Below are positions 55,674-64,000 of a DNA stretch of 64,000 nucleotides, in pieces. The stretch comes from Octopus vulgaris (Eukaryota), in the NCBI GenBank assembly GCA_951406725.2, contig OX597814.1, forward strand, positions 206,336,001 through 206,400,000, read 5' to 3'. Below the pieces are notes generated by a model. That model saw only the letters and a program-made list of their open reading frames with translations. It had not been told where the DNA came from and did not search any database. Position 1 is the first letter of the stretch. The number at the start of each line of letters is the position of its first letter. The position numbers and the translations under genes were made by a program.

Positions 55674-56080
55674 GGCGCAAGAGTGGCTGTGTGGTAAGTA
55701 GCTTGCTAACCAACCACATGGTTCCGGGTTCAGTCCCACTGCGTGGATTCTTGGGCAAGTGTCTTCTGCTATAACCCCAGGCCGACCAATGCCGTGTGAG
55801 TGGATTTGGTAGACGGAAACTGAAAGAAGCCTGTCGTATATATGCATATATGCATATATATGTGTGTGTGTGTGTTTGTGTGTCTGAGTTTGTCCCCCTA
55901 GCATTGCTTGTTTACGTTACTTAGCATTGCTTGTTTACGTCCCCGTTACTTAGCGGTTCGGCAAAAGAGACCGATAGAATAAGTACTGGGCTTACAAAGA
56001 ATAAGTCCCGGGGTCGATTTGCTCGACTAAAGGCGGTGCTCCAGCATGGCCGCTGTCAAATGACTGAAACAAGGAAAGAG
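55674..56080 (+). mobile_element. tRNA-derived SINE, full length
   Basis: Same family as 31041-31490. Confidence 0.85.
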
Positions 56081-56104
56081 TATATTATATTATATATATA
56101 TAAA

Positions 56105-56955
56105 TTCCAACTCGCCAAAACTGATGGACAGAATGTTGGCATTAGTCCCCACCCCACCCCAGGTGAGTCACTATTTGTTTAACGAAATATTCCTCCGCAA
56201 GCTGTCACCCCAGGTCCAGGCCCTCATAACTCAGACCGAAATCAAGGACATTTGGAAATTATCAAAGGCGTCTGACGGGCATTTTTTATCCAGTGGTGTC
56301 CTGGTCAACGCCATAGGGCCGGTTCCGAGACGGAGTAGGGTTAAGCAGGATGACCTGTGCTTCTACAATGCAAAGTTTGGTAAAAAGGCGACAAAATGTA
56401 AACAACCGTATAGCTTCAGGACCCCATCACCAGTGAACCAGGGCAACTCTAGGGCCGGCCGATATTGAACACCTTTCTTCGAGCACATTTGCTACTGATG
56501 GATTTGCGGGGAAGATGACTGCTCGACAAAAACACACGCTTCCGTGCTTCTTGCAATATCTACACATGTCGCCCCCCCCCCCCCCGCATAGCAACCATCT
56601 CGCAGACCAAGAAGGAATTCTCGGATCTTCTTCTTAGTCGCCCGAATCTATCCACTCCGACATTCTCCAAACCTACAGCCCACCATGGGATGACACACCA
56701 CATCTCTACCCCGGCTCCCCAGTGCGCAGCCGCACACGTCGTCTATCACCAGACAAATTGCAATCGCAAAGACCGAATTTGACAATATGGAGGCTTTGGG
56801 TATTGTTCGCTAAACAAGCAGTCCCTGGTCATCACCCCTGCATGTGGCCCCCAAATCCAATGGAGGTTATCGACCCTGCGGAGATTACCGCCGTCTCAAC
56901 GCGGATACGACACCCGACTGCTTCCCCATTCCAAATATACAAGATTTTCCAGCCT
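56105..56955 (+). mobile_element. Ty3/gypsy gag-pol relic
   Basis: Gag-like LMDRML..IFLRKL..CFYNAKFGKKATKC. RT start SPWSSPLHVAPKSNGGYRPCGDYRRLNADTTPD.FPIPNIQDF. Confidence 0.85.
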
Positions 56956-57879
56956 ATAAAAGGTGCTAATTTTGGAAAATGTGCTCCACTTCTTACCCCG
57001 TTAGCTACGCCAGAGAGACTATGACCAGGTTCCTCCTATGCCACCACACCTCATAACTTTACTAATTAAAAGATGGTCAACAGGTGCACAAAGTCTTCCC
57101 AGATGCTTGTTCAACTCTGATATTATCACACTATCGCAAACAGCCGACCCTTAATGGTTCACACAGCTTGTATAAATGTTACACGTGAGATTCTAACAAG
57201 CAATTAATCAGCAGTTTATCGCCAATTGATCGATATTATTTTTGAGTATCATTTTTTTCTTCTACCAGTGCACTCAACTTGGTATGTTTACTTCCCCGTT
57301 GTAAGTTTGATAGTAAAAGTCAATAAGTTACCTACATAGAAAGACAGTTTTGGGTTCTACCATCCGACAATCAATTCTCTTTTGGCTGCTTTCCTCTCTT
57401 CAGCTTTGTTACAATCACAAAATTCTCACCATTGATCCCTTTGGTTTCTGTTTAAATCGAGAGACAATAATTCCATCATATCGTTTCTCAAAACCTGCAA
57501 TCTGAATCAAACCCTTTACTTCTCCCCAGATTTTCCTTCCCAATGAACGACCCCCTACTTTCCTGTGAACGAGTATCTGTGACATTCATTGATTGACCCC
57601 CCTCATATCTCATTGAGCAACTGATTGGTTGCGATGTAATTATTGGTTAATTAATTTATTCTCATCTCCTCTTCCTGCTACCACGTTTCTACTCTCAGCT
57701 CTCCGTTCCTCTTCCAGACTAATTCATTTATACTCATTTCATCTGTCTCTAAACATTGTTTCCATTTTATTTTTCGGTGGACTTGGTTGGTGTGGTGAGG
57801 GTTACTCATTTGTTTGTTGGTGTGTGATAAGCAACAGAACATAACTGATTAATAATTTCGTAGATCAACAATCTATTGT

Positions 57880-58035
57880 TTACCTTGTTATTTCATTACA
57901 TCCGCCTTCCTTAAGGAAGATGTATTTTTTAAGTCGTGTTTGTTAGTCTGTCCGTGGACAAGATTCTCAAGAACCGGTGGATGGATTCGCATGAAACTTT
58001 CAGGGATGTTTGGCCTCGTGACTGGCACGAACTTC
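57880..58035 (+). mobile_element. Helentron/HINE-like non-autonomous fragment
   Basis: TACATCCGCC..GTTTGTTAGTCTGTCCGT..GATGGATTCGCATGAAACTTTCAGGG pattern typical of DINE/HINE repeats. Confidence 0.45.
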
Positions 58036-58719
58036 GTCTGGTTGACTGATGAGTAGTAACAGAAGGCTGCGTCTTCGTATCACGCCGGGGCCATCAATTT
58101 ATGTAGTGGGAATATATATTCAGTTCCAGGTGCTGATATGGATACGTGTATGTTATTACAAGATTTCATAGAGAGATCATGAATAAATTCAAGAACAATA
58201 TTTACTACGTAAAAATGTATTTTATTTAATGGTCGTTGATGATACGTAATCAAAATGTAGAATCTAATTGAATTAAATAATCTATGCAAGACAGATGAGA
58301 GATAGGAAATATGGAAATAACAGCTACGTGGTGATTTTCAGTCATGTGGCGTAGAGAAACAGACGGACATAGCAATGACGTGAATGGCTCTAAGTCTAAT
58401 CGACTGAGAAGTGAAAGCAGGGTTAGCAAGCTGTTTTTATTAAGGGAACGCTAGATATTCTAGAAACTTCCAAGAGAAACATTAAGCTTCTTGAATAATA
58501 AAGAATCCGCTTTCATGGCACAGATGTTTCCAGAACCTTAGTGAAGGGAGACGACTCTATAAACCTTCTTGCAAGGGACATCATTCAACTATTTAGCTAC
58601 ATACATAGACCACTACATATATATATACATATATGAGAGAGTGGGAAGGGAGGAGGGAGCTGAGTGTCGTTGTGACTGTGAGAATGTCCTGAACCAGCAA
58701 TATTAATATTATTATTATT

Positions 58720-61700
58720 TTTTCCTTCTTTCTTCAAATTTTCTTCCGTTTCTCGCCGAGTGTTTTCCATACACCTAGGGAAGAGAAGCTCATTGTATGC
58801 ATTCCCAGATTACACACGCAAATTCACAGATAAAATATGTATTTAAAAATTAATAAATAAATAAATTCATGGATGGATGTTATTTTCAAAGCGATAGTGC
58901 TCTTCTCAGTACATGAGCCGTTCCAGTCAATACGATTTTTTGCACTTCCTTGTAGGGATGGTGAGCCTGGAATCATTTTCAAATAGGTTTCAGTACCTTT
59001 TTTTATCATTCCTACAGATCCTACAATCACTGGTACTGTAGTCGCCTCGAGATGCCACATTTTTTCAGTTTCTATTAGCAGGTCTTTATATTTACTAATC
59101 TTGTCAAATTCTTTCGCCACTATATTGTGATCACAGGGAATACTCTTGTCAATTAATAAACACATCCTTTTTGTCTGATCTATTATAATAATATCCGGTT
59201 TATTAGCTTTTATAGTCTTGTCGGTCCTCACGGGGAAGTCCCATAGAATCGACACATTTTCTCCCTCAGTCACAGCTTCAGGATGATGTTTATACCATTT
59301 GTCAGCGGTTTTGATTTTATAATGCCACATATTGTCCATTGTAAATACTGGCCGACTCTGTCATGTCTTGCTTTATATTCTGAAGGTGCTAAGACTCTAC
59401 ACCCTGAGATTAGGTTGTCTGTTGTTTCAGTCTCCTCGTTACAGAATCAGCATTTTGGGTCAGCTCCATTTTTCATCACATTGGCTTGGTAGTTCCGGGT
59501 TAATAAGCTTTGGTCTTGAGCAGCTAATATGAAACCTTCACTCTCTGCTTTCAGCCCTGAGCTTCGTAACCATTGGTGCGTGTGTTTCTGGTCGACATCA
59601 GCTTGTTTGCTACGGGCCACGTACTTGCCATGGAGAGGTTTCTGTTCCCATCTGCTAGCTAAATTTTCATGTGCTTTTGTCTTTGCAATTAATTTTATTT
59701 TCCTTGCAGCTGCAGTTGGCGTATTTCCTTCAGCTTGATCAATCTGGTGTGTATCTAAGAGATCAGCAGCGAATTGTTTGCTCTCTTTGAGAATAGAGTG
59801 AAGTTTTTTCGGTCTTTCATGTTTTTCAACAAGTTTTAGCAGCCAATCGTTGGTTGTTTCAAGGTATTTGGCCAGTCCGATTGTGGTGGTTTTGTATGTA
59901 AGCTCAAGCTGGATCAAACCTCGACCTCCCTGAGCTCTGGGAAGGTAAAGGCGATCTACGTCTGCCTTTGGATGGTGCATCTTATTACAAGTCAGTAGCT
60001 TGCGGATTTTTCTGTCAATTTTCATTATTTCACTGGTATTCCAGTTAAGCACATTGAAGCTATATAGAACAACTGGTACTGCTAAGGAATTTATGGCTAA
60101 CACCTTATTATATGCATTCAGCTCAGACTTCAGGACTGCTCGAACTCTTCTATAACATTCCTTCCTAACCTTCTCTTTCATGCTTTCATGCTGGATACCA
60201 GAGCCTTCATTTATTCCTAGGTATTTATAGGTTTGTTCCTGCTCAAGTTCCTTTATTACTATTTCGACATCTAATTCGATTGAACTAGACTTTACCAATT
60301 TCCCTTTCTTAAAAGTGGCTTTGTCACACTTTTCAAGGCCAAACTCCATCCCGATATCATCACTGAATCCTTTCACAGTATGTAATAATGCTTCAAGCTC
60401 TTCATCATCTTTGCCATATAGCTTTAAGTCATCCATATAAAATAGATGGCTTATTTTTCTGTTGTCAATTTTGTAGCCATATCCTGTTCTATTCAGTTCA
60501 CTTGAGAGTGGTATAAGTGCTATGCAGAAAATTAGTGGTGCAAGTGAGTCACCTTGGAAATTGCTGCAGTTTATGCTAATGTTGTTTGAGTGCAATACTC
60601 CATTAGAATGATATAATTGGAGCTTCGTGTTCCATAGTGACATATTATACTTTGAAAAATCTGATATCACAAGAGAAATTTTGAAAATGTCCAGCGATTT
60701 CAGAATCCACGAATGTGGTATGCTGTCAAAGGCTTTTTTTGTAATCAATCCATGAAGAGCTGAGATTTCTGCGCTTGTTATGGCAGTTCTCAAGGATCAT
60801 GCGATTAGTTAAGAGCTGAACTTTGCATCCATATGAGCCTCGTCTGCATTGGGAATGAGGTTATTCTCTTCCATAAACGTATATGTTTTCTCTACTAGAA
60901 TAGATGTCAAGATCTTCTAGGTAGTAGATAAACATGTTATAGGCCGGTAGTTTTGGGGTCTTTCGTTTTGTTATTTTTGGGGAGGAGGTAAGTAATACTA
61001 TTTGCCATCCAATGTGGTGTTTTTCCGGGTCTTTCATAATACTATTAAATAGTATTACTAACATTTTGTGTGCGGACGAGAGTGATGAGAGCCAGAAATT
61101 TGGTACTCTATCAATACCAGGGGATTTCCACTTATGAGCCTTCGTTAGTGCCCTCCTTAGGTCGGCGATTGAGATGTCTTCCCATACCTGTTCTTGTAGA
61201 TTTTTGTAGTCATCTTGGGTGCGTTTGATCCACTCTGCATTTTCATTGTATGGTTTCTCATCACTCCAGATCCCCTTCCAAAAGTGTTCAACTTCTTCCA
61301 TTAGGGGTGGATTTTCAATGGTTATTTTTTTTTCCCTATTTCCCTGCAAAATGATTTAGCATTGGATTTGAACATCTTATTTTGTTTGTAGCATCTGATT
61401 CTTTTCTCAAGTCTGCGTATTCTCTGAGCTTTTGCTTGAACTTTTTGTTTAAGTGTTTCTTTCGCTGACATTAGTTCTTCTCTTGTTGAGTGTCCATATT
61501 TTCTCATAATCTTCCTGCCTTTTCTTGATCTTACATAATTTCCAGAGATTAGCTCAGTTAATATTGATATCTCCCTTCGCAATTATTCAATTTCAGTTTC
61601 AATTCTACTCCTCCAATTTGATTTTCTCTTCGAATTTGGTATTGTTGGCTTTTTGGGTGTTAAACAGCGTCTTTCGATTACCTTAGCGACAGAGTAAATA

Positions 61701-63785
61701 ATTTCATTTAATTTATTAAGATCAGGTTTTAGTTGTTGTATGATTTCCTGTGTAACGCAGTTGCCAATTTGTGTTTTATGTTGGTGTGCATTTGAGAGTT
61801 TATGGAGTGGTTCCCTATCATTCATAGTTGTATGGCCTACAACTGCAAGCTCATTCAGAACTTCTTGCTTCATTTCAATGATAGATTTTCTGTGTTGTTC
61901 AACAAACATGAGGTCTTCAAATTCTGTTTCGACATCATTTTCCGGGCTGTTTTTTCTAGGGTCATTATATTTTCCTACTTCTTCAGGATCTTGAGTCGTT
62001 TCGGCAGATGGTCGCCTTTCAGTCAATGCTTGTGGCCCAACATTCCTCTCCTCAGCTTCGTTATTTCTTTCCTGACTTATATTTAGGTCATTCTCTACCA
62101 CTTATTTAATAGAGGTTAATTCTGCATCTGTGAGTCTGGTATTTCTGAAGATATCTCTTCTAACATTTGCTAAACTGCTTTCATCCAGGTTTGGTCTGCT
62201 AGCTGGATTCCGGCTCCTCCTTGGGCTGGTCTACTTAATGCAAATTAATAAGCATATATTACTTCTTTATATTCTTCCCGGTTCCATTTAGTTCTTTTAC
62301 TTTTTTGATTTTCTGGTCGTTGTGGTGGTGAACTTTAGGGGCTTAATTTGGGACAAATCCCGTTTAAGTGACCTTCCAGGTTCGTATTCGGGGAAGATAT
62401 TCAGCCATTTGAAAATTTTTCGCCATCAAGCTGGCAGCCTCCTGACGGACGCGCTTCCTGTATAACCATTGGGCAACCGATTCGGTGTACTGTTAGAAAT
62501 TTTCTTTTCAAGTAAAGTTAAATTATTATTAAGTTTTCATTAAAAAATAAATAAATAGATAAAATAAAATAGAAATTAAATAAAAGATTTAACCACTAAT
62601 TTTCATATAGGGGCCTCATTTATCATCATTAGCAGCCCCAGTAGTTATAGCAGCAGCAATATCATTGTCAGCAGCTGCAGCGGCAGTGGTAGTAGCAATA
62701 GTAATGACCGCAGCAACAGCATCAGCAGCAGCAGTGGTAGTACCAGTAGTAGTAGTAGCGGCGGTGGCAGCAGCAGCAGTAGCAGCAGCAGTAGCAGCAG
62801 CAGTAGCAGCAGCAGTAGCAGCAGCAATGGTAGCAATAGTAGTAGTAGCAGTGACAGCAGCAGCAGTGGTAGCAGCAGCAGTAGTAGTAGCAGCAGCAAC
62901 AGCAGTAGTGGCAGCAGCAGCAGTAGTAGCAGCAGCAACAGCAGTAGTAGTAGCAGCAGCAGTAGCAGCAGTAGTAAATACAGCAGCAACACCAGTAGCA
63001 GTAGCAGTAGTAGTAGTAGTAGTAGTAGTAGTAGTTAATGTGGCTCATGTAATCTTTTTTTTTTAGGTGGGATAGGGGTCCTATCGGTCAAAAAAGTTCA
63101 GCAGCGAACAGTGACCTTAACCTTAAGAAAAATTAAGGAAGGGCCGAGTTACTCTGTTCTGTATTATTTGTGAATAGAGAAGTTGTGTTCGACCAGAGAG
63201 AATCTATAATTAGTATCATTATTTTTTTTCCATGTGCGTTTGTGTTATTGCAATACAAAAGTGTTTGCATATTTCGGGTAAGGTAATATTGTAGAGATTG
63301 AAGTTGACTTTTCTAGAGATGTTTGTATGTCCAGTTAGAAGAACAGGCGTGTTTTTGCAATAAAAAGTATATGTTTACATCTATATTTGAATATTCAGGG
63401 AGGAAGCACAGAAAAGTCAGATTTTCATAGAAAGCTTTAAGGTTCACCAAAGGTAGTCTTTTGTAAGTCCACACAAAGAAAAGAGTGATGTTTTTAGAAA
63501 GAATTAAAAAAATGGATGTTTACAGAGGCAATTGTGGGTATTAAAGATTTTAAAGCTGATCAATTGTGTGTTTGAAAACTGTAGATATGTTAATTTGTAA
63601 ATTTCTTGACTTATTTTGAAGAGAATTTTAAATACTCACAAGATATTGTAGATATTCCAGTCTTTGAGAGTTATTTTTCCCCGTTGCTAAACTGGGTCAT
63701 ATTAGTGTTTCTATGGCTTTCGGCTACTGAATTGTCAGAGCAGCGAGGAGGAACACGTCCAGCCGCTGTGAAGGCTGGCGCTCTA
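58720..63785 (-). mobile_element. Full-length R4/Dong-like element, diverged subfamily
   Basis: ORF fragments 62101-58824 with QGDSLAP, YMDD and KPDIII..IP. Homologous 5' UTR at 63785-63050 and 3' UTR (CACTCGGC.AGAAA.GGAAGAAAATTTGAA). (TAA)n at both ends. Confidence 0.9.
62646..63035. repeat. (AGC/AGT)n trinucleotide tract inside the retrotransposon 5' UTR
   Basis: Direct reading. Lies between the conserved 5' block and the ORF. Confidence 0.9.
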
Positions 63786-63899
<114 letters not shown>

Positions 63900-63920
63900 T
63901 ATTATTATTATATTATATTA

Positions 63921-64000
<80 letters not shown>

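Noticed and set aside
58046-58052. CTGATGAG hammerhead-like core (also 18769-18775)
   Set aside because: No downstream stem II-GAAA-stem III-UH arrangement.
62645-63066. Cys/Tyr-rich, poly-Leu and poly-Ala ORFs (keratin-associated/metallothionein-like look)
   Set aside because: Translations of a trinucleotide tract within a retrotransposon 5' UTR.

Overview
AT-rich, microsatellite- and transposon-dense eukaryotic DNA. The SINE types and (TA)n/(TACA)n/(TAA)n content suggest an octopus/cephalopod genome (inference). The only convincing host gene is a single-coding-exon 740-aa orphan membrane protein (3287-5509): signal peptide, six-Cys ectodomain, roughly 8-10 hydrophobic helices. A pseudogenised paralog lies inverted at 38713-36750 within an inverted segmental duplication (~90-12765 vs ~34930-41855). 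Divergence between the two copies is patchy and concentrated in predicted extracellular and juxtamembrane parts. The rest is mobile DNA: three R4/Dong-like RLE retrotransposons in (TAA)n (one nested in the poly-Asn linker of a Penelope-like element, which exposes a ~1.6-kb 5' UTR); a second RLE family tied to (TACA)n; Penelope-like elements and derivatives carrying at least three intact-looking type I hammerhead ribozymes; piggyBac, mariner, gypsy and CRE relics; a non-autonomous Helitron; and tRNA-SINEs. All counts and identities were made by eye, and repeat boundaries are approximate.
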